DNA of 64,000 nucleotides from the human T2T-CHM13v2.0 reference genome, Homo sapiens. The DNA is taken from NCBI RefSeq assembly GCF_009914755.1, contig NC_060925.1; one strand, 5' to 3'. Both the position numbers and the translations under genes were made by a program. Below the pieces are notes generated by a model. The model saw only the letters and a list, made by a program, of their open reading frames with translations. It was not told the origin of the DNA and did no database searches. Of the stretch, positions 1 through 15,200 are shown one piece after another (the stretch's first letter is position 1; each line of letters begins with the position of its first letter).

Positions 1-3000
1 AATCATTGAACGGAATTGAATGGAATCGTCATCGAATGAATTGAATGCAATCATCGAATGGTCTAGAATGGAATCATCTTCAAATGGAATGGAATGGAAT
101 CATCGCATAAAATCGAATGGAAGTATCATCGAATGGAATCGAATGGAATCAACATCAAACGGAAAAAAACGGAATTATCGAATGGAATCGAAGAGAATCA
201 TCGAATGGACCCGAATGGAATCATCTAATGGAATGGAATGGAATAATCCATGGAACTCGAATGCAATCATCATCGAATGGAATCGAATGGAATCATCGAA
301 TGGACTCGAATGGAATAATCCTTGAACGGAATCGAATGGAATCATCATCGGATGGAAACGAATGGAATCATCATCGAATGGAATCGAATAGATTTATGGA
401 ATGAAATCCAGTGTGATCATCATCGAATGGACCCGAATGGAATCATCATCCAACGGAAGCTAATGGAATCAACATCGAATGAATCAAATGGAAACACCAT
501 CGAATTGAAACGAATGGAATTACCATGAAATTGAAATGGATGGACTCATCATCAAATGGATTCGAATGGAATCATCGAATAAAATTGATTGAAATCATCA
601 TCGATTGGAATCGAATGGTATCATTGAATGGAATCGAATGGAATCATCATCAGATGGAAATGAATGGAATCGTCATAGAATGGAATCGAATGGATTCATT
701 GAATGGAATCAGATGGAATCATTGAATGGACTGGAATGGAATCATTGAATGGACTCGAAAGGGATCATGATTGAATGGAATTGAATGGAATCATCGAATG
801 GTCTCGATTGGAATCATTATCAAATGGAACCGAATGGAATCACCGAATACAATCGAATGGAACAATCATCGAATGGACTCAAATGGAATTATCCTCAAAT
901 GGAATCGAATGGAATTATCGAATGCAATCGAATGGAATTATCGAATGCAATCGAATAGAATCATCGAATGGACTCGAATGGAATCATCGAATGGAATGGA
1001 ATGGAACAGTCAATGAACTCGAATGGAATCATCATTGAATGGAATCGAATGGAATCATCGAGTGGAATCGAATGGAATTATGATCAAATGGAATCGAATG
1101 TAATCATCATCAAATGGAATCAAAATTAACCATCATCAATTGGTATTGAATGGAATTGTCATCAAATGGAATTCAAAGGAATCATCATCAAATGGAACCG
1201 AATGGAATCCTCATTGAATGGAAATGAAAGGGGTCATCATCTAATGGAATCACATGGAATCATCATCAAATGGAATTGAATGGAATCATCATCCAATGGA
1301 ATCTAATGGAATCATTGAACAGAATTGAATGGAATCGTCATGGAATGAATTGAATGCAATCATCGAATGGTCTCGAATGGAATCATCTTCTAATGGAAAG
1401 TAATGGAATCATCGCATAGAATCGAATGGAATTATCATCGAATGGAATCGAATGGTATCAACACCAAACGGAAAAAAACGGAATTATCGAATGGAATGGA
1501 AGAGAATCTTCGAACGGACCCGAATGGAATCATCTAATGGAATGGAATGGAATAATCCATGGACTCGAATGCAATCATCATCGAATGGAATCGAATGGAA
1601 TCATCGAATGGATTCGAATGGAATAATCATTGAACGGAATCGAATGGAATCATCATCAGAGGGAAACGAATGGAATCATCATCGAATGGAAATGAAAGGA
1701 GTCATCATCTAATGGAATTGCATGGAATCATCATAAAATGGAATCGAATGGAATCAACATCAAATGGAATCAAATGGAATCATTGAACGGAATTGAATGG
1801 AATCGTCATCGAATGAATTGACTGCAATCATCGAATGGTCTCGAATGGAATCATCTTCAAATGGAATGGAATGGAATCATCGCATAGAATCGAATGGAAT
1901 TATCATCGAATGGAATCGAATGGAATCAACATCAAACGGAAAAAAACGGAATTATCGTATGGAATCGAAGAGAATCATCGAATGGACCCGAATGGAATCA
2001 TCTAATGGAATGGAATGGAATAATCCATGGACTCGAATGCAATCATCATCGAATGGAATCGAATGGAATCATCGAATGGACTCGAATGGAATAATCATTG
2101 AACGGAATCGAATGGAATCATCATCGGATGGAAATGAATGGAATCATCATCGAATGGAATCGAATAGAATTATGGAGTGAAATCCAGTGTGATCATCATC
2201 GAATGGACCCGAATGGAATCATCATCCAACGGAAGCTAATGGAATCAACATCGAATGAATCGAATGGAAACACCATCGAATTGAAACGAATGGAATTATC
2301 ATGAAATTGAAATGGATGGACTCATCATCGAATGGATTCGAATGGAATCATCGAATAAAATTGATTGAAATCATCATCCAATGGAATCGAATGGTATCAT
2401 TGAATGGAATCGAATGGAATCATCATCAGATGGAAATGAATGGAATCGTCATAGAATGGAATCGAATGGATTCATTGAATGGAATCAGATGGAATCATCG
2501 AATGGACTGGAATGGAATCATTGAATGGACTCGAAAGGGATCATGATTGAATGGAATTGAATGGAATCATCGAATGGTCTCGATTGGAATCATTACCAAA
2601 TGGAATCGAATGGAATCACCGAATAGAATCGAATGGAACAATCATCGAATGGACTCAAATGGAATTATCCTCAAATGGAATCGAATGGAATTATCGAATG
2701 CAATCGAATGGAATTATCGAATGCAATCGAATAGAATCATCGGATGGACTCGAATGGAATCATCGAATGGAATGGAATGGAACAGTCAATGAACTCGAAT
2801 GGAATCATCATTGAATGGAATCGAATGGAATCATCGAGTGGAATCGAATGGAATTATGATCAAATGGAATCGAATGTAATCATCATCAAATGGAATCAAA
2901 ATTAACCATCATCAATTGGTATTGAATGGAATTGTCATCAAATGGAATTCAAAGGAATCATCATCAAATGGAACCGAATGGAATCCTCATTGAATGGAAA

Positions 3001-6000
3001 TGAAAGGGGTCATCATCTAATGGAATCGCATGGAATCATCATCAAATGGAATCGAATGGAATCATCATCAAATGGAATCTGATGGAATCATTGAACAGAA
3101 TTGAATGGAATCGTCATCGAATGAATTGAATGCAATCATCGAATGGTCTCGAATGGAATCTTCATCTAATGGAAAGGAATGGAATCATCGCATAGAATCG
3201 AATGGAATTAACATTGAATGGACTCGAATGGAATCAACATCAAATGGAATCAAGCGGAATTATCGAATGAAATCGAAGAGAATCATCGAATGGACTCGAA
3301 TGGAATCATCTAATGGAATGGAATGGAATAATCCACGGACTCGAATGCAATCATCATCGTATAGAATCGAATGGAATCATCGAATGGACTCGAATGGAAT
3401 AACCATTGAACGGAATCGAATGGAATCATCATCGGATGGAAACGAATGGAATCATCATCGAATGGAAATGTAAGGAGTCATCATCTAATGGAATTGCATG
3501 GAATCATCATAAAATGGAATCGAATGGAATCATCATCAAATGGAATCAAATGGAATCATTGAACGGAATTGAATGGAATCGTCATCGAATGAATTGAATG
3601 CAATCATCGAATGGTCTCGAATGGAATCATCTTCAAATGGAATGGAATGGAATCATCGCATAGAATCGAATGGAATTATCATCGAATGGAATCGAATGGT
3701 ATCAACACCAAACGGAAAAAAACGGAATTATCGAATGGAATCGAAGAGAATCTTCGAACGGACCCGAATGGAATCATCTAATGGAATGGAATGGAATAAT
3801 CCATGGACTCGAATGCAATCATCATCGAATGGAATCGAATGGAATCATCGAATGGACTCGAATGGAATAATCATTGAACGGAATCGAATGGAATCATCAT
3901 CAGATGGAAACGAATGGAATCATCATCGAATGGAAATGAAAGGAGTCATCATCTAATGGAATTGCATGGAATCATCATAAAATGGAATCGAATGGAATCA
4001 ACATCAAATGGAATCAAATGGAATCATTGAACGGAATTGAATGGAATCGTCATCGAATGAATTGAATGCAATCATCGAATGGTCTAGAATGGAATCATCT
4101 TCAAATGGAATGGAATGGAATCATCGCATAAAATCGAATGGAAGTATCATCGAATGGAATCGAATGGAATCAACATCAAACGGAAAAAAACGGAATTATC
4201 GAATGGAATCGAAGAGAATCATCGAATGGACCCGAATGGAATCATCTAATGGAATGGAATGGAATAATCCATGGAACTCGAATGCAATCATCATCGAATG
4301 GAATCGAATGGAATCATCGAATGGACTCGAATGGAATAATCCTTGAACGGAATCGAATGGAATCATCATCGGATGGAAACGAATGGAATCATCATCGAAT
4401 GGAATCGAATAGATTTATGGAATGAAATCCAGTGTGATCATCATCGAATGGACCCGAATGGAATCATCATCCAACGGAAGCTAATGGAATCAACATCGAA
4501 TGAATCAAATGGAAACACCATCGAATTGAAACGAATGGAATTACCATGAAATTGAAATGGATGGACTCATCATCAAATGGATTCGAATGGAATCATCGAA
4601 TAAAATTGATTGAAATCATCATCGATTGGAATCGAATGGTATCATTGAATGGAATCGAATGGAATCATCATCAGATGGAAATGAATGGAATCGTCATAGA
4701 ATGGAATCGAATGGATTCATTGAATGGAATCAGATGGAATCATTGAATGGACTGGAATGGAATCATTGAATGGACTCGAAAGGGATCATGATTGAATGGA
4801 ATTGAATGGAATCATCGAATGGTCTCGATTGGAATCATTATCAAATGGAACCGAATGGAATCACCGAATACAATCGAATGGAACAATCATCGAATGGACT
4901 CAAATGGAATTATCCTCAAATGGAATCGAATGGAATTATCGAATGCAATCGAATGGAATTATCGAATGCAATCGAATAGAATCATCGAATGGACTCGAAT
5001 GGAATCATCGAATGGAATGGAATGGAACAGTCAATGAACTCGAATGGAATCATCATTGAATGGAATCGAATGGAATCATCGAGTGGAATCGAATGGAATT
5101 ATGATCAAATGGAATCGAATGTAATCATCATCAAATGGAATCAAAATTAACCATCATCAATTGGTATTGAATGGAATTGTCATCAAATGGAATTCAAAGG
5201 AATCATCATCAAATGGAACCGAATGGAATCCTCATTGAATGGAAATGAAAGGGGTCATCATCTAATGGAATCACATGGAATCATCATCAAATGGAATTGA
5301 ATGGAATCATCATCCAATGGAATCTAATGGAATCATTGAACAGAATTGAATGGAATCGTCATGGAATGAATTGAATGCAATCATCGAATGGTCTCGAATG
5401 GAATCATCTTCTAATGGAAAGTAATGGAATCATCGCATAGAATCGAATGGAATTATCATCGAATGGAATCGAATGGTATCAACACCAAACGGAAAAAAAC
5501 GGAATTATCGAATGGAATGGAAGAGAATCTTCGAACGGACCCGAATGGAATCATCTAATGGAATGGAATGGAATAATCCATGGACTCGAATGCAATCATC
5601 ATCGAATGGAATCGAATGGAATCATCGAATGGATTCGAATGGAATAATCATTGAACGGAATCGAATGGAATCATCATCAGAGGGAAACGAATGGAATCAT
5701 CATCGAATGGAAATGAAAGGAGTCATCATCTAATGGAATTGCATGGAATCATCATAAAATGGAATCGAATGGAATCAACATCAAATGGAATCAAATGGAA
5801 TCATTGAACGGAATTGAATGGAATCGTCATCGAATGAATTGACTGCAATCATCGAATGGTCTCGAATGGAATCATCTTCAAATGGAATGGAATGGAATCA
5901 TCGCATAGAATCGAATGGAATTATCATCGAATGGAATCGAATGGAATCAACATCAAACGGAAAAAAACGGAATTATCGTATGGAATCGAAGAGAATCATC

Positions 6001-7180
6001 GAATGGACCCGAATGGAATCATCTAATGGAATGGAATGGAATAATCCATGGACTCGAATGCAATCATCATCGAATGGAATCGAATGGAATCATCGAATGG
6101 ACTCGAATGGAATAATCATTGAACGGAATCGAATGGAATCATCATCGGATGGAAATGAATGGAATCATCATCGAATGGAATCGAATAGAATTATGGAGTG
6201 AAATCCAGTGTGATCATCATCGAATGGACCCGAATGGAATCATCATCCAACGGAAGCTAATGGAATCAACATCGAATGAATCGAATGGAAACACCATCGA
6301 ATTGAAACGAATGGAATTATCATGAAATTGAAATGGATGGACTCATCATCGAATGGATTCGAATGGAATCATCGAATAAAATTGATTGAAATCATCATCC
6401 AATGGAATCGAATGGTATCATTGAATGGAATCGAATGGAATCATCATCAGATGGAAATGAATGGAATCGTCATAGAATGGAATCGAATGGATTCATTGAA
6501 TGGAATCAGATGGAATCATCGAATGGACTGGAATGGAATCATTGAATGGACTCGAAAGGGATCATGATTGAATGGAATTGAATGGAATCATCGAATGGTC
6601 TCGATTGGAATCATTACCAAATGGAATCGAATGGAATCACCGAATAGAATCGAATGGAACAATCATCGAATGGACTCAAATGGAATTATCCTCAAATGGA
6701 ATCGAATGGAATTATCGAATGCAATCGAATGGAATTATCGAATGCAATCGAATAGAATCATCGGATGGACTCGAATGGAATCATCGAATGGAATGGAATG
6801 GAACAGTCAATGAACTCGAATGGAATCATCATTGAATGGAATCGAATGGAATCATCGAGTGGAATCGAATGGAATTATGATCAAATGGAATCGAATGTAA
6901 TCATCATCAAATGGAATCAAAATTAACCATCATCAATTGGTATTGAATGGAATTGTCATCAAATGGAATTCAAAGGAATCATCATCAAATGGAACCGAAT
7001 GGAATCCTCATTGAATGGAAATGAAAGGGGTCATCATCTAATGGAATCGCATGGAATCATCATCAAATGGAATCGAATGGAATCATCATCAAATGGAATC
7101 TGATGGAATCATTGAACAGAATTGAATGGAATCGTCATCGAATGAATTGAATGCAATCATCGAATGGTCTCGAATGGAAT
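1..7180 (+). repeat. 4021-bp tandem duplication (1776-bp + 2245-bp units); about 1.8 copies visible, left end outside the window
   Basis: Private variants repeat at +4021: ggtctagaa (60/4081), the 1-bp insertion tggaactcga (251/4272), cagaggg (~1657/5678), tggagtgaaa (~2173/6194), tctgatgg (~3078/7099). The match ends near 3160 versus 7181. Confidence 0.92.
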
Positions 7181-8087
7181 CATCTTCTAATGGAAAGGAA
7201 TGGAATCATCGCATAGAATCGAATGGAATTATCATCGAATGGAATCGAATGGTATCAACACCAAACGGAAAAAAACGGAATTATCGAATGGAATCGAAGA
7301 GAATCTTCGAACGGACCCGAATGGAATCATCTAATGGAATGGAATGGAATAATCCATGGACTGGAATGCAATCATCATCGAATGGAATCGAATGGAATCA
7401 TCGAATGGACTCGAATGGAATAATCATTGAACGGAATCGAATGGAATCATCATCGGATGGAAACGAATGGAATCATCACCGAATGGAAATGAAAGGAGTC
7501 ATCATCTAATGGAATTGCATGGAATCATCATAAAATGGAATCGAATGGAATCAACATGAAATGGAATCAAATGGAATCATTGAACGGAATTGAATGGAAT
7601 CGTCATCGAATGAATTGAATGCAATCATCGAATGGTCTCGAATGGAATCATTTTCAAATGGAATGGAATGGAATCGTCGCATAGAATCGAATGGAATTAT
7701 CATCGAATGGAATCGAATGGAATCAACATCAAACGGAAAAAAACGGAATTATCGTATGGAATTGAAGAGAATCATCGAATGGACTCGAATGGAATCATCT
7801 AATGGAATGGAATGGAATAATCCATGGACTCGAATGCAATCATCATCGAATGGAATCATCAAATGGACTCGAATGGAATAATCATTGAAAGGAATCGAAT
7901 GGAATCATCATCAGATGGAAATGAATGGAATCATCATCGAATGGAATCGAATAGAATTATGGAATGAAATCCAGTGTGATCATCATCGAATGGACCCAAA
8001 TGGAATCATCATCCAACGGAAGGTAATGGAATCAACATCGAATGAATCGAATGGAAACACCATCGAATTGAAACGAATGGAATTATC

Positions 8088-9294
8088 ATGAAATTGAAAT
8101 GGATGGACTCATCATCGAATGGATTCGAATGGAATCATCGAATAAAATTGATTGAAATCATCATCAAATGGAATCGAATGGTATCATTGAATGGAATCGA
8201 ATGGAATCATCATCAGATGGAAATGAATGGAATCGTCATAGAATGGAATCGAATGGATTCATTGAATGGAATCAGATGGAATCATCGAATGGACTGGAAT
8301 GGAATCATTGAATGGACTCGAAAGGGATCATTATTGAATGGAATTGAATGGAATCATCGAATGGTCTCGATTGGAATCATTATCAAATGGAATCGAATGG
8401 AATCACCAAATAGAATCGAATGGAACAATCATCGAATGGACTCAAATGGAATCATCCTCAAATGGAATGGAATGGAATTATCGAATGCAATCGAATAGAA
8501 TCATCGAATGGACTCGAATGGAATCATCTAATGGAATGGAATGGAATAATCCATGGACTCGAATGCAATCATCATCGAATGGAATCGAATGGAATCATCA
8601 AATGGACTCGAATGTAATAATCATTGAACGGAATCGAATGGAATCATCATCGGATGGAAACGAATGGAATCATCATCGAATGGAAATGAAAGGTGTCATC
8701 ATCTAATGGAATTGCATGGAATCATCATAAAATGGAATCGAATGGAATCGACATCAAATGGAATCAAATGGAATCATTGAAAGAAATTGAATGGAATCGT
8801 CGTCGAATGAATTGAACGCAATCATCGAATGGTCTCGAATGGAATCATCTTCAAATGGAATGGAATGGAATCATCGCATAGAATCGAATGGAATTATCAT
8901 CGAATGGAATCGAAAGGTATCAACAACAAACGGAAAAAAACGGAATTATCCAATGGAATCGAAGAGAATCATCGAATGGACCCGAATGGAATCATCTAAT
9001 GGAATGGAATGGAATTATCCATGGACTCGAATGCAATCATCATCGAATGGAATCGAATCGAATCATCGAATGGACTCGAATGGAATAATCATGGAAAGGA
9101 ATCGCATGGAGTCATCATCGGATGGAACTGAATGGAATCATCATCGAATGGAATCGAATAGAATTATGGAATGAAATCCAGTGTGATCATCATCGAACGG
9201 ACCCGAATGGAATCATCATCCAACGGAAGCTAATGTAATCAACATCGAATGAATCGAATGGAAACACCATCGAATTGAAACGAGTGGAATTATC
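8088..9294 (+). repeat. Single truncated 1207-bp unit (546-bp deletion plus loss of one 23-bp monomer)
   Basis: Landmark spacing 8088 to 9295 is 1207 = 1776-546-23. The junction near 8500-8530 joins the sequence upstream of ggaacagtcaat directly to the catctaatggaatggaatggaataatcc part of the 468-bp module. Confidence 0.85.
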
Positions 9295-12200
9295 ATGAAA
9301 TTGAAATGGATGGACTCATCATCGAATGGATTCGAATGGAATCATCGAATAAAATTGATTGAAATCATCATCCAATGGAATCGAATGGTATCATTGAATG
9401 GAATCGAATGGAATCATCATCAGATGGAAAAGAATGGAATCGTCATAGAATGGAATCGAATGGATTCATTGAATGGAATCAGATGGAATCATCGAATGGA
9501 CTGGAATGGAATCATTGAATGGACTCGAAAGGGATCATGATTGAATGGAATTGAATGGAATCATCGAATGGTCTCGATTGGAATCATTATCAAATGGAAT
9601 CGAATGGAATCACCGAATAGAATCGAATGGAACAATCATCGAATGGACTCAAATGGAATTATCCTCAAATGGAATCGAATGGAATTATCGAATGCAATCG
9701 AATGGAATTATCGAATGCAATCGAATAGAATCATCGAATGGACTCGACTGGAATCATCGAATGGAATGGAATGGAACAGTCAATGAACTCGAATGGAATC
9801 ATCATTGAATGGAATCGAATGGAATCATCGAGTGGAATCGAATGGAATTATGATCAAATGGAATCGAATGTAATCATCATCAAATGGAATCAAAAATAAC
9901 CATCATCAATTGGTACTGAATGGAATTGTCATCAAATGGAATTCAAAGGAATCATCATCAAATGGAACCGAATGGAATCCTCATTGAATGGAAATGAAAG
10001 GGGTCATCATCTAATGGAATCACATGGAATCATCATCAAATGGAATCGAATGGAATCATCATCAAATGGAATCTAATGGAATCATTGAACAGAATTGAAT
10101 GGAATCGTCATCGAATGAATTGAATACAATCATCGAATGGTCTCGAATGGAATCATCTTCTAATGGAAAGGAATGGAATCATCGCATAGAATCGAATGGA
10201 ATTAACATTGAATGGACTCGAATGGAATCAACATCAAACGGAATCAAGCGGAATTATCGAATGTAATCGAAGAGAACCATCGAATGGACTCGAATGGAAT
10301 CATCTAATGGAATGGAATGGAATAATCCACGGACTCGAATGCAATCATCATCGTATAGAATCGAATGGAATCATCGAATGGACTCGAATGGAATAATCAT
10401 TGAACGGAATCGAATGGAATCATCATCGGATGGAAACGAATGGAATCATCATCGAATGGAAATGAAAGGAGTCATCATCTAATGGAATTGCATGGAATCA
10501 TCATAAAATGGAATCGAATGGAATCAACATCAAATGGAATCAAATGGAATCATTGAACGGAATTGAATGGAATCGTCATCGAATGAATTGACTGCAATCA
10601 TCGAATGGTCTCGAATGGAATCATCTTCAAATGGAATGGAATGGAATCATCGCATAGAATCGAATGGAATTATCATCGAATGGAATCGAAAGGTATCAAC
10701 ATCAAACGGAAAAAAACGGAATTATCGAATGGAATCGAAGAGAATCATCGAACGGACCCGAATGGAATCATCTAATGGAAAGGAATGGAATAATCCATGG
10801 ACTCGAATCCAATCATCATCGAATGGAATCGAATGGAATCATTGAAAGGACTCTAATGGAATAATCATTGAACGGAATCGAATGGAATCATCATCGAATG
10901 GAAACTAATGGAATCATCATCGAATGGAAATGAAAGGAGTCATCTAATGGAATTGCACGGAATCAACATAAAATGGAATCGAATGGAATCAACATCAAAT
11001 GGATTGAAATGGAATCATTGAACGGAATTGAATGGAATCTTCATCGAATGAATTGAATGCAATCATCGAATGGTCTCGAATGGAATCATCTTCAAATGGA
11101 ATGGAATGGAATCATCGCATAGAATCGAATGGAATTATCATCGAATGGAATCGAATGGAATCAACATCAAACGGAAAAATCGGAATTATCGTATGGAATC
11201 GAAGAGAATCATCGAATGGACCCGAATGGAATCATCTAATGGAGTGGAATGGAATAATCCATGGACTCGAATGCAATCATCATCGAATGGAATCGAATGG
11301 AATCATCGAATGGACTCCAATGGAATAATCATCGAACGGAATCGAATGGAGTCATCATCGGATGGAAATGAATGGAATCATCATCGAATGGAATCGAATA
11401 GAATTATGGAATGAAATCCAGTGTGATCATCATCGAATGGACCCGAATGGAATCATCATCCAACGGAAGCTAATGGAATCAACATCGAATGAATCGAATG
11501 GAAACACCATCGAATTGAAACGAATGGAATTATCATGAAATTGAAATGGATGGACTCATCATCGAATGGATTCGAATGGAATCATCGAATAAAATTGATT
11601 GAAATCATCAACAAATGGAATCGAATGGTATCATTGAATGGAATCGAATGGAATCATCATCAGATGGAAATGAATGGAATCGTCATAGAATGGAATCGAA
11701 TGGATTCATTGAATGGAATCAGATGGAATCATCGAATGGACTGGAATGGAATCATTGAATGGACTCGAAAGGATTCATTATTGAATGGAATTGAATGGAA
11801 TCATCGAATGGTCTCGATTGGAATCATTATCAAATGGAATCGAATGGAATCACAGAATAGAATCGAATGGAACAATCATCGAATGGACTCAAATGGAATT
11901 ATCCTCAAATGGAATCGAATAGAAATATCGAATGCAATCGAATGGAATTATCGAATGCAATCGAATGGAATTATCGAATGCAATCGAATAGAATCATCGA
12001 ATGGACTCGAATGGAATCATCGAATGGAATGGAATGGAACAGTCAATGAACTCGAATGGAATCATCATTGAATGGAATCGAATGGAATCATCGAGTGGAA
12101 TCGAATGGAATTATGATCAAATGGAATCGAATGTAATCATCATCAAATGGAATCAAAAATAACCATCATCAATTGGTATTGAATGGAATTCTCATCAAAT

Positions 12201-15200
12201 GGAATTCAAAGGAATCATCATGAAATGGAACCGAATGGAATCCTCATTGAATGGAAATGAAAGGGGTCATCATCTAATGGAATCGCATGGAATCATCATC
12301 AAATGGAATCGAATGGAATCATCATCAAATGGAATCTAATGGAATCATTGAACAGAATTGAATGGAATCGTCATCGAATGAATTGAATGCAATCATCGAA
12401 TGGTCTCGAATGGAATCATCTTCTAATGGAAAGGAATGGAATCACCGCATAGAATCGAATGGAATTAACATTGAATGGACTCGAATGGAATCCACATCAA
12501 ACGGAATCAAGCGGAATTATCGAATGGAATCGAAGAGAGTCATCGAATGGACTCGAATGGAATCATCTAATGGAATGGAATGGAATAATCCACGGACTCG
12601 AATGCAATCATCATCGTATAGAATCGAATGGAATCATTGAATGGACTCGAATGGAATAATCATTGAACGGAATCAAATGGAATCATCATCGGATGGAAAC
12701 GAATGGAATCATCATCGAATGGAAAAGGAAAGAGTCATCATCTAATGGAATTGCATGGAATCATCATAAAATGGAATCGAATGGAATCAACATCAAATGG
12801 AATCAAATGGAATCATTGAACGGAATTAAATGGAATCGTCATCGAATGAATTGAATGCAATCATCGAATGGTCTCGAATGGAAACATCTTCTAATGGAAA
12901 GTAATGGAATCATCGCATAGAATCGAATGGAATTAAAATTGAATGGACTCGAATGGAATCAACATCAAACGGAAAAAAACGGAAATATCGAATGGAATCG
13001 AAGAGAATCATCGAATGGACCCGAATGGAATCATCTAATGGAATGGAATGGAATAATCCATGGACTCGAATGCAATCATCATCGAATGGAATCGAATCGA
13101 ATCATCAAATGGACTCGAATGGAATAATCATTGAAAGGAATCGCATGGAGTCATCATCGGATGGAACTGAGTGGAATCATCATCGAATGGAATCGAATAG
13201 AATTATGGAATGAAATCCAGTGTGATCATCATCGAACGGACCCGAATGGAATCATCATCCAACGGAAGCTAATGTAATCAACATCGAATGAATCGAATGG
13301 AAACACCATCGAATTGAAACGAGTGGAATTATCATGAAATTGAAATGGATGGACTCATCATCGAATGGATTCGAATGGAATCATCGAATAAAATTGATTG
13401 AAATCATCATCCAATGGAATCGAATGGTATCATTGAATGGAATCGAATGGAATCATCATCAGATGGAAATGAATGGAATCGTCATAGAATGGAATCGAAT
13501 GGATTCATTGAATGGAATCAGATGGAATCATCGAATGGACTGGAATCGAATCATTGAATGGACTCGAGAGGGATCATTATTGAATGGAATTGAATGGAAT
13601 CATGGAATGGTCTCGATTGGAATCATTATCAAATGGAATCGAATGGAATCACCGAATAGAATCGAATGGAACAATCATCGAATGGACTCCAATGGAATTA
13701 TCCTCAAATGGAATCGAATGGAATTATCGAATGCAATCGAATGGAATTATCGAATGCAATCGAATAGAATCATCGAATGGACTCAAATGGAATCATCGAA
13801 TGGAATGGAATGGAACAGTCAATGAACTCGAATGGAATCATCATTGAATGGAATCGAATGGAATCATCGAGTGGAATCGAATGGAATTATGATCAAATGG
13901 AATCGAATGTAATCATCATCAAATGGAATCAAAGATAACCATCATCAATTGGTATTGAATGGAATTGTCATCAAATGGAATTCAAAGGAATCATCACCAA
14001 ATGGAACCGAAAGGAATCCTCATTGAATGGAAATGAAAGGGGTCATCATCTAATGGAATCGCATGGAATCATCATCAAATGGAATCGAATGGAATCATCA
14101 TCAGATGGAATCTAATGGAATCATTGAACAGAATTGAATGGAATCGTCATCGAATGAATTGAATGCAATCATCGAATGGTCTCGAATGGAATCATCTTCT
14201 AATGGAAAGGAACGGAATCATCGCATAGAATCGAATGGAATTAACATTGAATGGACTCGAATGGAATCAACATCAAACGGAATCAAGCGGAATTATCGAA
14301 TGGAATCGAAGAGAATCATCGAATGGACTCGAATGGAATCATCTAATGGAATGGAATGGAATAATCCACAGACTCGAATGCAACCACCATCGTATAGAAT
14401 CGAATGGAAACATCGAATGGAATCATCGAATGGACTCGAATTGAATAATCATTGAACGGAATCGAATGGAATCATCATCGGATGGAAACGAATGGAATCA
14501 TCATCGAATGGAAATGAAAGGAGTCATCTAATGGAATTGCACGGAATCATCATCAAATGGAATCGAATGGAATCAACATCAAATGGAATCAAATGGAATC
14601 ATTGAACGGAATTGAATGGAATCGTCATCGAATGAATTGAATGCAATCATCGAATGGTCTCGAATGGAATCATCTTCAAATGGAATGGAATGGAATCATC
14701 GCATAGAATCGAATGGAATTATCATCGAATGGAATCGAATGGAATCAACATCAAACGGAAAAAAACGGAATTATCGAATGGAATCGAAGAGAATCATCGA
14801 ATGGACCCGAATGGAATCATCTAATGGAATGGAATGGAATAATCCATGGACTCGAATGCAATCATCATCGAATGGAATCGAATGGAATCATCGAATGGAC
14901 TCGAATGGAATAATCATTGAACGGAATCGAATGGAATCATCATCGGATGGAAATGAATGGAATCATCATCGAATGGAATCGAATAGAATTATGGAATGAA
15001 ATCCAGTGTGATCATCATCGAATGGACCCGAATGGAATCATCATCCAACGGAAGCTAATGGAATCAACATCGAATGAATCGAATGGAAACACCATCGAAT
15101 TGAAACGAATGGAATTATCATGAAATTGAAATGGATGGACTCATCATCGAATGGATTCGAATGGAATCATCGAATAAAATTGATTGAAATCATCATCCAA

